In this document: positions 39,626 through 49,000 of the stretch, piece after piece | Layout: the number at the start of each line of letters is the position of its first letter | Position numbering within the stretch: the first letter of the stretch is position 1 | From: Verrucomicrobiota bacterium | Lineage (GTDB): Bacteria > Verrucomicrobiota > Lentisphaeria > Lentisphaerales > Lentisphaeraceae | Reading direction: 5' to 3' | Assembly (NCBI GenBank): GCA_039798785.1 | Contig: JBDKFG010000048.1 | Coordinates: forward strand, 1 to 52,253 | Length of the DNA stretch: 52,253 nt | Made by a program: the position numbers and the translations under genes | Notes under the pieces: model-generated | The model's input: only the letters and a program-made list of their open reading frames with translations | The model's database searches: none | What the model was told of the DNA's origin: nothing

Positions 39626-42145
39626 TTAGCCGCCCCAATCAAACAAGGTCGGCTGCTCATTTTCGGAAATGATTCTTTTGCGGGGGGCGCGGATCGGCGC
39701 TCGCGGTGCGGCATTTTCCCGCACTTCCTCGACCCGGGCCGCCGGGGCGGCGCCGCCCTCGAGGCCGGAGAGGATCTCGCCGGCGCGCTTGACCACCGAA
39801 TCGGGCAGGCCGGCAAGACGGGCCACATGCAGGCCGTAGCTGCGGTCGGCGCCGCCGGCGACGATGCGGTGCAGGAAGACGATCTGGCCGTCCCAGTCCT
39901 TCACCGCGACGTTGAAGTTGTGCGCCCGCGGCAGGCTGCGGCCAAGCGCCGTCAGCTCGTGGTAGTGGGTGGCGAAGAGGCTGAAGCAGCCGACGCCGTG
40001 CAGATGCTCGGCGATCGCCCAGGCCAGCGACATGCCGTCGTAGGTCGAGGTGCCGCGGCCGATCTCGTCGAGGACCACCAGCGAGCGCGGCCCGGCGTGG
40101 TTGAGGATGTTGGCGGTCTCGACCATCTCGACCATGAAGGTCGACTGGCCGCGGCTGAGATCGTCGGCGGCGCCGACGCGGGTGAAGACGGCATCGAAGA
40201 CCGGCAGCTCGGCCTCTTTCGCCGGGACGAAGCTGCCCGCCTGGGCGAGCACGGCGATCGCCGCCACCTGGCGGATGTAGGTCGACTTGCCGGCCATGTT
40301 GGGGCCGGTCACCAGGTGCAGCGTCGATTCGGCGCTGTCCATCGCGGTGTCGTTGGGGACGAAGACGCCGGGGCCGAGCAGGGTGTCGACCACCGGGTGG
40401 CGGGCCTCGACCAGGCGCATGACGCCGCCGTCGTTGAGGACGGGGCGGACCCAGCCGAGCTGGCGTGCGGTCTCCGCAAGCGAGGCGGCGGCGTCGATGG
40501 CGGCGACGGCGCGCGAGGTGGCCTGCAGCGAGGGGGTCTCGGCGGCGGCGGCGCTGCGCAGTTCCGCGAAGAGGGCGGCCTCGAGCGACTTGGCGCGCTC
40601 CTCGGCGTGCAGCAGGGTGTCCTCCATCTCCTTCAGGGCGGGGGTGATGAAGCGCTCGGCGTTGGCCAGGGTCTGCTTGCGGATGTAATCGGCGGGGGCG
40701 TTGTCGGCCTGGATCTTGGTCAGCTCGATGTAGTAGCCGAAGACCGAGTTGAAGCGGATCTTGAGGGTCTTAATGCCGCTGCGGACGCGCTCCTCGTTCT
40801 CGTAGCGGGCGAGCCAGTCCTTGCCTTCGGCGCCGGCGACGCGGAGCTGGTCGAGGGTGGCGTTGTAGCCGTCGCGGATCAAGCCGCCGTCGCGGGTGCT
40901 CAGCGGCGGTTCGTCGACCAGGCAGGCGGCGATGGCGGAGGCGAGCTCGGGCAGGGCGGCGAGGCGGGCGCGCTCCTCTAGGAGCAGCGGCGAGGGCAGG
41001 CCGTCGAGCAGTTCCCGCAGGCGCGGCACGGCGACGAGGGCGCAGCGCAGCGCCTGCAGGTCGCGCGGGTTGGCGGTGCCGAGGGTGCAGCGGGCGGCGA
41101 TGCGCTCGAGGTCGCGCACTTCGGCCAGGGCCGTGCGCAAGTCATGCAGGATGGCGGGCTCGGCGTGCAGCGCGGCGACCGCTTCGAGACGCGACTCGAT
41201 GGCGCCGCGTTCGGCGAGGGGTTGCAGCAGGCGTTCGCGCAAGAGGCGGGCGCCCATCGGCGTGACGCTGCGGTCGACGACGGCGAGCAGGGTCGAATCC
41301 TTGGCGTCGCGGAAGAGCGGCTCGGCGATCTCGAGGTGGCGGCGGGTGGCACGGTCGAGACGCAGGCCCTCGCCTTCGCGCCAGGAGATCAGCGAGCGGA
41401 CGTGATTGACCTCGCTGCGCAGGGTGTCGCGGGCCCAGTCGAGGAGGACGCCGGCGGCGAGACCGGCGGCGTCCTGACCGCGCAGGCCGAAGCCGTCGAG
41501 GGTGCTGACGCCGAGGTGGCGGCAGAGCGATTCGACGCTGGCCTTGCCCTCGAAGCGCCAGGCCTCGGCGGGGGTGAGGACGGTGGCGGCGGGCGTCTCG
41601 GGCAGCTTGGCGTCGGGAGCGTGCAGCAGCTCGGCGGGGCCGGCGCTGTGCAGCAGCGCCTCGAGGGCGGCGTCGCTGGCGCAGGAACCGCAGCGGAAGT
41701 CGCCGGTGCTGAGGTCGAGCAGGGCGAGGCCCCAGGCGCCGCGTCCGGCGGAAACGACGCAGCCGAGCCAGTTGGCGCGGCGGGCCGGCAGGATGCCTTC
41801 CTCGAGCACGGTGCCGGGAGTGACGATGCGGACGATCTCGCGCTTCACCAGACCCTTGGCCAAAGCGGGATCCTCGGTCTGCTCGGCGATGGCGCAGCGC
41901 AGGCCCTTTTCGAGCAGGCGCGGCAGGTAGTTGTTGAGCTGGTGGTAGGGGATGCCGGCCATCGATTGTTCATGGCGCTTGGTGAGGGTCAATTCGAGCT
42001 CGCGGGAGGCGACGACAGCGTCCTCGTCGAAGACCTCATAGAAGTCGCCGAGGCGGAAGAAGAGCAGCGTGCCGGGCGGCAGCTTGGCCTTCAGTTCCGT
42101 GTACTGCCGCATCATCGGCGTCAGGGCTTTCTCCTCGCTGGCCAT
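39626..42145 (-). CDS. mutS: DNA mismatch repair protein MutS
   Basis: TPMMRQY, FRLGDFYE, TGPNMAGKST, STFMVEM, DEIGRGTST, ATHYHEL. Confidence 0.98.
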   Translation of the reverse strand: MASEEKALTPMMRQYTELKAKLPPGTLLFFRLGDFYEVFDEDAVVASRELELTLTKRHEQSMAGIPYHQLNNYLPRLLEKGLRCAIAEQTEDPALAKGLVKREIVRIVTPGTVLEEGILPARRANWLGCVVSAGRGAWGLALLDLSTGDFRCGSCASDAALEALLHSAGPAELLHAPDAKLPETPAATVLTPAEAWRFEGKASVESLCRHLGVSTLDGFGLRGQDAAGLAAGVLLDWARDTLRSEVNHVRSLISWREGEGLRLDRATRRHLEIAEPLFRDAKDSTLLAVVDRSVTPMGARLLRERLLQPLAERGAIESRLEAVAALHAEPAILHDLRTALAEVRDLERIAARCTLGTANPRDLQALRCALVAVPRLRELLDGLPSPLLLEERARLAALPELASAIAACLVDEPPLSTRDGGLIRDGYNATLDQLRVAGAEGKDWLARYENEERVRSGIKTLKIRFNSVFGYYIELTKIQADNAPADYIRKQTLANAERFITPALKEMEDTLLHAEERAKSLEAALFAELRSAAAAETPSLQATSRAVAAIDAAASLAETARQLGWVRPVLNDGGVMRLVEARHPVVDTLLGPGVFVPNDTAMDSAESTLHLVTGPNMAGKSTYIRQVAAIAVLAQAGSFVPAKEAELPVFDAVFTRVGAADDLSRGQSTFMVEMVETANILNHAGPRSLVVLDEIGRGTSTYDGMSLAWAIAEHLHGVGCFSLFATHYHELTALGRSLPRAHNFNVAVKDWDGQIVFLHRIVAGGADRSYGLHVARLAGLPDSVVKRAGEILSGLEGGAAPAARVEEVRENAAPRAPIRAPRKRIISENEQPTLFDWGG

Positions 42146-42338
42146 ACTTCCTTCCTCAAAAATTTTGCGTGTCCCGCAAGATAGGAGGGGAAGGCGATTT
42201 CACCACGGAGGGGAAGAGGCAGGGGCGTTGCGAGAGGGGCATTTTACCACGGAAGACACGGAGGGAGCGGAAGAGGGCGAGAGTGGGGGCGATCATCTGC
42301 TGGATAGTTGACATCCCGGCGGCCGTGATATGGGGTGG

Positions 42339-42734
42339 TCAACTTTGCGGCTTCTCACCGTTTTCTTCAGGAGCTTTGACCGGGGCTGACTTGAGGATGC
42401 CGGCTTCTGCGAGGGCGTATTCGATTGCCTCGGGCACCATGATCGGCCACCCAAAAAGTCCATGGACAATGGTCACTCCACTGAGTTTTTTGTCGGGCTC
42501 TGAGCTGCGCAAATACTGAAAAACTTCCCACAAGAAATAGAGAAAACCTCCAGATAGACCGAAAATTACCCAAGTGGATAAAGCGAGTTTCCAGCCGGCC
42601 ACAAAGAGAAAAATAGGCAACATCAAATAAGCTGCGAGCAAGCCAAAATTACGAAAGCCGCGGATTCCTGGTTTTATAGTTAAAGAAAAAAGAGTAGTCC
42701 AAAGTAATGCAATTAAGAGGGCGATTGCAAACAA
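42339..42734 (-). CDS. Hypothetical membrane protein (AT-rich)
   Basis: Several TM segments, low GC; start uncertain. Confidence 0.6.
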   Translation of the reverse strand: MFAIALLIALLWTTLFSLTIKPGIRGFRNFGLLAAYLMLPIFLFVAGWKLALSTWVIFGLSGGFLYFLWEVFQYLRSSEPDKKLSGVTIVHGLFGWPIMVPEAIEYALAEAGILKSAPVKAPEENGEKPQS

Positions 42735-42754
42735 CGGATGGCGTGAGAGAGCAA

Positions 42755-43768
42755 TCAGCCCTCAAGGATGGCCTGAAGGTCGTCGCGGATGTCGTCTTCG
42801 CGTTCGGCGAGGGACTGGTAGACAAGGGCGTTGTCGGAGGTGTTGACCCAGTAGGGGCGGGGGAACTTGTCGTGGCTCTTGGCGTAGTGGGTGATCGACC
42901 AGGGGTTGTAGATGGTGGAGGCGCCGAAGCGGTAGCCGTTGTACCACTGCCGCGCCTCTTCCATCTTGTCGCTCTTGCCGAAGTCGGCGAGCATGGTGGC
43001 GACCTCGTCCTCGGTGAAGCCGAACTTGTCCTCGAAGACGCCTGCGTGAGTGATGGTCGCCGCTTGAGCATTTAAAGTCGAGAAGGGAGTGCCGATTTCC
43101 AAACTCAACTGGCCGGAGAGAATGCCCTTGAAAAGCGCTGGGTTATCCTTGATCCCACTCAGAAACCACATATGCAGTAGTTTTTCAGCAGCCGGCAAGA
43201 ATCCGTTCTTCCAAGCCTCAATCAGCGGCGAGTCGTAGTCATCGATGAGGATGGCGACTTCCTCACCGTGGATGCGCTTCATCCAACCGGAGAGAAGGAG
43301 AAGGGATTGAGTCAACAGCATGCTTGAGGAGTTCATGCTGAGGATCTCTTCAAACTTCACACGATCAAAATCGGAAAGTGAGGGCAGGATGTCGTCGTTG
43401 TCGCGGAAGAGTTCCGCCATGTGTTCGCGCAGGCAGATCTCGAGATCCTCGAATCTGGCGAACTTCCAGTCCTTGAGGGTGAGAGCGATGACCGGGTGGC
43501 GCGCCTTGTGGCGGAGGATGGCCTGCGGCTGGTCGAGGATCTTCAGACCGGCGAAGAGCTTGTCCTGATCCTTCTCCTTGCGGTCGATGAAGATCTTCAA
43601 GGTGCTCATATTAAGGGTTTTGCCGAAGCGTCGGGGGCGCGGCAGGACGATGATGTCGGAACTCTCAATGACGGCGGCGATGAAGAGCGACTTGTCGACA
43701 TAATAACCACCCCGCTCCCGCAGGTGGCGGAAGTCGCTGGTGCCGATCTTGATGGTGAGGTGGGTCAT
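42755..43768 (-). pseudogene. AAA-ATPase-like protein, 3'-truncated (nuclease domain missing)
   Basis: IGTSDF, YYVDKS, PRPRRFGKT, WYNGY, YNPWS, YWVNTS, then stop. Confidence 0.8.
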
Positions 43769-43832
43769 GGGGCAAAGATAGCCGGGATGAGGGAGTGTGC
43801 CAGCCAGCGAGGGTGGCGCAGCAGCTGCTGAC

Positions 43833-44210
43833 TCACTTCACATACGGCGACTTCATTCCTTCCTTGATCTCGATATCGAAGTCGTCGCCGAGGTAGAAGC
43901 GCAGCGCCTGGCGGTAGAAGTCGCTGGGGACGCGGACGGCGGCGGGACGGGCCTTGAGCGACTTGCAGCGGAAGGCGAGGCCGCAGGCGTACATCTCGCC
44001 GCGGAATTTCTCCGGGCCAGTGAGCATGCTGAGCGACAGGGTGTTGTTACCCAATTGCTGCCAGATGACGTGGCCTTCGTCGATGATGCCGTTGAGGACC
44101 AGGCCGGGCTTCTTCTTCATGGCGCGGAATTCGGCGATCCAGGCCAGGACTTCGGGTTTTTCCGGGGCCGGGAAGCTGAACGAGGATTCAGGAGGGACGC
44201 GGCTGACCAT
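43833..44210 (-). CDS. Hypothetical protein
   Basis: RBS AGGAG, native codon usage. Confidence 0.7.
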   Translation of the reverse strand: MVSRVPPESSFSFPAPEKPEVLAWIAEFRAMKKKPGLVLNGIIDEGHVIWQQLGNNTLSLSMLTGPEKFRGEMYACGLAFRCKSLKARPAAVRVPSDFYRQALRFYLGDDFDIEIKEGMKSPYVK

Positions 44211-44447
44211 AGGGGACTCCTTGTGCAGAAGGTTTGAGCTTGGAGAGCTAGGTCTCCGGAGATTATCATACCCTTACAAATGAATGCCTGCAAGACTGAC
44301 TAATGAAATCGGGCCGGTTTTCCCAAGCCGAGCATCGAGTCGAGCATGGCGTTCCCCGCCCCACATTCCTGTAGAAAGCTAATCCACGTCAGCCTAAAAA
44401 TGTGAAGGGGTCGGGTCAGATTCTGGACTTCAAAATTCATGCTCTGC

Positions 44448-47207
44448 TCAATCCTCCTCCTCTTCCTCCACCGTCTTGCCGGCGATCAGCAGGGCGTCGC
44501 TCACCGCTTCGGAGAAGACGATGGGGGGCACCTGGCCGAAGGGGATGAGGCGGCTGTCGCCCTTGCCGGGAGTGTCGTAGGTGTAGGAGCCGAATTGGAC
44601 GCTGCCGAGCTTGATGAAGCAGACGCCGCCCAAGCTGATCTGGGATTCGGGATCGATGCCGATGTACATGCCGTCGAGATCGGTCAGGAGGGCCTCGACG
44701 CCGGCCTCGGGGAAGGGCTTGCGGTAGGATTCGATGCCGCCGGCGTCGACCACCGAGCCGCGGATCCAGCCGAGGCGATCGGCGCGGCCTTTGAAGGTCA
44801 TGCCGCCGAGTTTCACGCCGCGCACCCAGTCGCCTTCGGTCATGCCCTTCTCGCTCTCCGAAACGAGGCGTAAAGGACGCTCCAGTTGCGGCACCAGGGG
44901 CTTGATGCCGGCGGCGGCGAGATGCTGCTTCCATTCGTGATGGGCGTCGCCGTCGAGATGCAGCGGATGGATCAGCCCGACGCTGCCGCTTGCGGGCAGC
45001 GCAAAGGCGCTTTCGTCGGCGCAGACGAAGCTGCCGACCTCCTCCTGACGGAAGCTCGCGACGAGCTGGTTCTCTTCGTTCCACAGTCCCCAGATCTGGT
45101 GGACCAGGAAGGGGCGCAGCGCCGGGTGGCTGAGGTAGAGCTTCTGCCAATCGGCGAGGGGCCAGCGGCGCTCCTGCACCAGCATGCGGTTGTGACGGGC
45201 CTTCTGGGCCTTGAGCACGGCGCGGAGCTGCGTCGCGAGGGTCTTGAGCTCAGTCTTGGTCTCGGCGCTGATGCCGGCGGGAGCGGTGCTTTTTAGCTTG
45301 CCGTCAATCAGATAGGCGAGCTTGCCGTCGCTGCCGATGCGGACTTCGATATCGCCCTTGGGACTCGGGATCAATCGCGGCTGGCCGGGGACGAAGCCGA
45401 GCCAGGGGATGATGGCGTCGCCGAGCTGGTCGATGCTGAGGCCGCGGGCGGTGGCGACTTCCTGCATCGCCTCGCGGGCGGCGCTGCCGATGTTGGCGTT
45501 TTTCGAGCGGTAGCGCTGGGCGATGTCGTCGGTGATCATCAGAGCCATTTCCGAGCCCTGCAGAGCGATGGCGGCGGCGGCGTATTCCGCCATCTTGCCG
45601 CGGCTGCCTTTGGCCCAGGCGTCAACCTGGCTATTCAGAATCGGCAGGATGCTTTCGTCGCCGAGGCGTCCGGCGAGGCCAAGAGCGAAGCGGAACTTCG
45701 GCTCGACCTTGGAGCTCAGGTAGGCCTTGAGCAGGGCCAGGGCAAAGGGACCGCTGGCTTTGCGGTCCTCGCTCATCAGATCGAACCAAGGCCTCGCCTC
45801 GGGGTGGATGTCGAGCTCGGGCATCAGGGCCAACGAGGAGCAGAGGTGCCGCACTTCTTCGACGCTCATGGCGGAACCGTCCTTGAGCGGCAGCGGCGGC
45901 AACGCCGCTTCATCGAGCCAAGGCGCCACCGGCTTGGCCAGGCGCTTGCTGACTTGGCTCAAACGCTCGGCCATGTCGACCCGCGAGAAGTTCCGGCCTT
46001 CGCTCAGCCACAGGGGATCGAGCGCCTTGTAGAGCTCGAGGCGGACCTCGTCGGATTTTTCCTTGGGGAGGAGGGATTCGAAGCGGGCGCGGATGGCGGG
46101 GGTGAGGTTTTTGGCGAGGATGCTGACGGCTTTGCTTCTTTCGTCGGCTTTTTTCGAGTCGAGTTGCTCGAGTAAAATGGCTTGGTGCCAGTTCGGGTGT
46201 CTCTCGGCATACTCAGTGGCTATCTTGACAAGAGATTGATTTCGATGATTCAACCATTCTCGCATCAGTTCTGTAAATCCAGAGCTCTCGTCCAGTCTGG
46301 GCCGCTCCCACGATATAAAAGTTTTAAAATTTTCAAATCGTGTTTCTGGGATTATCAAAGCGGCTTTCAGGCCTTGTAAAAGTTCATCTTCGCTAAACAG
46401 ATGAATGTAGTTCATCCAGGATTTCGTAGACAAACAATGATTCATGTCGGAGTTTTTAATCGAGAAGAGCCTCCCACTTGTAAAGCAGGGTTTGAGATAG
46501 GGAGCGTATAGCCCAAATGCGGTAGAGTGGGTGATTAGGCTTGTAAAAATTTCAGAGTCTTCTGATGCTTGCTTTAATCCTTTTATCGTCTTCTTAAAGA
46601 GAGAGGTGTCCGTTCTACTCTTGGCGATTTCGGTCATTGTCATCACCGAAATGAATTCTCCCCACGGCCACGAGGTAGAATTGGCTTTTTCTTCTAGAAC
46701 TTCGTCGAGATAATCGGGGTGTCTGTCGATTATATGCTCCATATTAGATCCTGATAAGAAGAGAAATTTTCCAATCTGCTTATTTTGGATGATATAGTCA
46801 TATATATCGTGACTGATAAATTTGAATTCAAAGTTACAAGCTATCGGCAGAATGACTTCACTTTCAGACGCGCCTGATTGTCTGCATATTTCTTGAAGTT
46901 CAACCAAGCTTGGTTTGAGCATCAATAAAACTGTTTCAAGGTGAAGAATTTTTGCTTTGTTAAAAATCGCGAGCGAAATTACTTTTATTAGATTTATTCT
47001 TGGTAGATTACCTATAAATGACCCTTCCTTTAAAATCATAATCAAGAGCCAATGCATATTCTTATCGACAATTTCATAAGGCTTTTCATTGGAAGACATA
47101 AAAACTACAAATTTGTCGATGTCACCATCATTAAATAGGTTGTCGTTGAGTGAAAATTTTTCAAAAATTTTTGAGATTGTATCGTATGTTAGTGATTTAA
47201 TATTCAT
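44448..47207 (-). CDS. DUF4132-domain protein (YehI/MolR-like) with an AT-rich N-terminal region
   Basis: ARGLSIDQLGD.IIP.LGF, RRWPLADW, HP, IWG, LIHPLHL, W..HL....I.P...QLER, VPPIVFSEA. Confidence 0.85.
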   Translation of the reverse strand: MNIKSLTYDTISKIFEKFSLNDNLFNDGDIDKFVVFMSSNEKPYEIVDKNMHWLLIMILKEGSFIGNLPRINLIKVISLAIFNKAKILHLETVLLMLKPSLVELQEICRQSGASESEVILPIACNFEFKFISHDIYDYIIQNKQIGKFLFLSGSNMEHIIDRHPDYLDEVLEEKANSTSWPWGEFISVMTMTEIAKSRTDTSLFKKTIKGLKQASEDSEIFTSLITHSTAFGLYAPYLKPCFTSGRLFSIKNSDMNHCLSTKSWMNYIHLFSEDELLQGLKAALIIPETRFENFKTFISWERPRLDESSGFTELMREWLNHRNQSLVKIATEYAERHPNWHQAILLEQLDSKKADERSKAVSILAKNLTPAIRARFESLLPKEKSDEVRLELYKALDPLWLSEGRNFSRVDMAERLSQVSKRLAKPVAPWLDEAALPPLPLKDGSAMSVEEVRHLCSSLALMPELDIHPEARPWFDLMSEDRKASGPFALALLKAYLSSKVEPKFRFALGLAGRLGDESILPILNSQVDAWAKGSRGKMAEYAAAAIALQGSEMALMITDDIAQRYRSKNANIGSAAREAMQEVATARGLSIDQLGDAIIPWLGFVPGQPRLIPSPKGDIEVRIGSDGKLAYLIDGKLKSTAPAGISAETKTELKTLATQLRAVLKAQKARHNRMLVQERRWPLADWQKLYLSHPALRPFLVHQIWGLWNEENQLVASFRQEEVGSFVCADESAFALPASGSVGLIHPLHLDGDAHHEWKQHLAAAGIKPLVPQLERPLRLVSESEKGMTEGDWVRGVKLGGMTFKGRADRLGWIRGSVVDAGGIESYRKPFPEAGVEALLTDLDGMYIGIDPESQISLGGVCFIKLGSVQFGSYTYDTPGKGDSRLIPFGQVPPIVFSEAVSDALLIAGKTVEEEEED

Positions 47208-47233
47208 TGGAGTTCCTTATGGATAGGCAGTCA

Positions 47234-47341
47234 ATTCTGGACGCCCCGCTGGGGCTTGGGACGATGGGGGCGCACCCCAGGGTTTGTCCTCGTTCCTCGG
47301 ACTACACCCTGGGCTATCTGCCGGCTGCCCCGCTGGGGCAA
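47234..47341. repeat. REP family B single arm
   Basis: Highly similar to 52147-52253 and 48880-48986. Confidence 0.9.
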
Positions 47342-47386
47342 GCAGGCGGAACGACGCCGCAAGGATTGAGGCGGCCCCATATGAAT

Positions 47387-47414
47387 AAACCGGCTGGCAG
47401 CCGGCGCTCCCGGG
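47387..47414 (-). repeat. REP family C copy
   Basis: AAACCGGCTGGCAGCCGGCGCTCCC identical to 1727-1751. Confidence 0.8.
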
Positions 47415-47461
47415 AGGCACAATCGATCGGGACGATCGAACCACATTCATCGAAGACATGT

Positions 47462-48637
47462 TCACTTCTCCGGCAGCAGTTGCGGCGCGTGTTGGGCGGC
47501 CCAGGCGTGGATGTCGCGCTTTTGGATGGCGGCGGCCATGAGGGCGGGGAAGAGTTGCGGGGTGCAGGCGAAGACCGGGATGTCGAGGGCCTGGAAGGCA
47601 CGGGCATTTTCAGGGTCGTAAGAAGGTTTGCCGGAGTCGTCGAGGGCGAGCAGGCAGATCAGGTGCACGCCTTGCGCCTTGAGGGCGGCGGCGCGCTTGA
47701 TCATCTCCTTGGCGTCGCCGCCTTCGTAGAGGTCGGTGATCAGGACGAGAATGGTGTCGGCGGGACGTTGGATTTCCTTCGTCGCCCAGCTCAGGGCCTT
47801 GTGGATGTCGGTGCCGCCGCCGAGCTGGGTGGAGAAGAGCAGGTCGACGGGGTCCTTGACCGTCTCGGTGAGCTCGACCACGGCGGTGTCGAAGACGGTG
47901 TAGCGGGTGCGAACGGCGGGGACTGAACAAAGCACGGCGGCGAAGATGGCGGAGTAGACGACGGAGCTGGCCATCGAGCCGGACTGGTCGACAAGGAGGA
48001 TGACGTCGCGCAGGCTGGCGCGTTGGGCGCGGCTGTGGCCGATCAGGGTCTGGGGGATGATCGCCTGGTGTTCGGGCAGGTAGTGGCGGAGGTTGGCGCG
48101 GATGGTCCGGTGCCAATCGATGTCGGCGGCGCGGGGTTTGCGGGTACGGGCGGAGCTGCGCAGGGCGCCGCGCACCGCCTGCAGGAAGGGCTGCTGCAAC
48201 TGCTTGATCAGGTCGTCGGTGATCTTGCGCACCACCTGACGCGCGGTGGCGCGGGTCTTCTCGGGAATCACCTTGGAGAGCGAGATCAAGGTCGCGGCGA
48301 GTTCGACGTCGGGCTCGACGCTGCGCAGCACTTCGGGTTCGAGGAGGAGCTGCTTCAGGCCGAGGCGGTCCATGGCGTCTTTCTGCATCAGGTGGACGCT
48401 GGGGCTGGGGAAGAATTCCCGGATGTCGCCGAGCCAGCGCTGGACGTTGGGCGAGGAGCCGCCGAGGCCGCCTTGGCGCGACTTGGGCTTGCCTTTGCCC
48501 TCGCCTTCCTTGTCGTCGCCGCACTGATAGAGCTGGCCGAGGCATTGGTCCATGCGCAGGTCGTTCTTGGAGAGATTGGCATCGCCGGCGCCGAGGATGA
48601 GGCGCCAACGGCGGGAGAGTTCGGAGGGGTCAGGCAT
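47462..48637 (-). CDS. vWA-domain protein (YehP / VWA_CoxE-like)
   Basis: RRWRLILG, IDWHRTIRANL, MIDAS DQSGSM, LGGGTDI, ITDLYEGG. Confidence 0.9.
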   Translation of the reverse strand: MPDPSELSRRWRLILGAGDANLSKNDLRMDQCLGQLYQCGDDKEGEGKGKPKSRQGGLGGSSPNVQRWLGDIREFFPSPSVHLMQKDAMDRLGLKQLLLEPEVLRSVEPDVELAATLISLSKVIPEKTRATARQVVRKITDDLIKQLQQPFLQAVRGALRSSARTRKPRAADIDWHRTIRANLRHYLPEHQAIIPQTLIGHSRAQRASLRDVILLVDQSGSMASSVVYSAIFAAVLCSVPAVRTRYTVFDTAVVELTETVKDPVDLLFSTQLGGGTDIHKALSWATKEIQRPADTILVLITDLYEGGDAKEMIKRAAALKAQGVHLICLLALDDSGKPSYDPENARAFQALDIPVFACTPQLFPALMAAAIQKRDIHAWAAQHAPQLLPEK

Positions 48638-48672
48638 GGGGAAAACCGGGTTGCGGGGTTCAGGGGGTTAAG

Positions 48673-48743
48673 CTGGGAGAGCCGGCGACTCGCCGGTGGA
48701 GTTGTTCGTTGTTAACCTGGGAGCGCCGGCTGCCAGCCGGTTT
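48673..48743 (+). repeat. Two family C REP copies
   Basis: CTGGGAGAGCCGGCgactcGCCGG and CCTGGGAGCGCCGGCTGCCAGCCGGTTT. Confidence 0.75.
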
Positions 48744-48748
48744 GTTTT

Positions 48749-48986
48749 GCGCCCCGGAGGGGCGGCCGGCCGATAGCCCAGGGTGTAGCGATGAGGCACG
48801 AATCGCAAACCCTGGGTAGAATCGAAAATGATCCGCAGCCCCGGAGGGGCGTTCAGAATGTTGCTGCATCCGGCGGGGGTTCTGGACGCCCCGCTGGGGC
48901 TCGGAACTCGTTTGCCGCAACCCAGGGTTTGTCCTCGTTCCTCGGACTACACCCTGGGCTATCTGCCGGCTGCCCCGCTGGGGCAA
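48749..48986. repeat. Empty REPIN-like inverted pair, family B
   Basis: Arm 48749-48860 and inverted arm 48880-48986. Confidence 0.92.
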
Positions 48987-49000
48987 GAAGATGGAACAGC

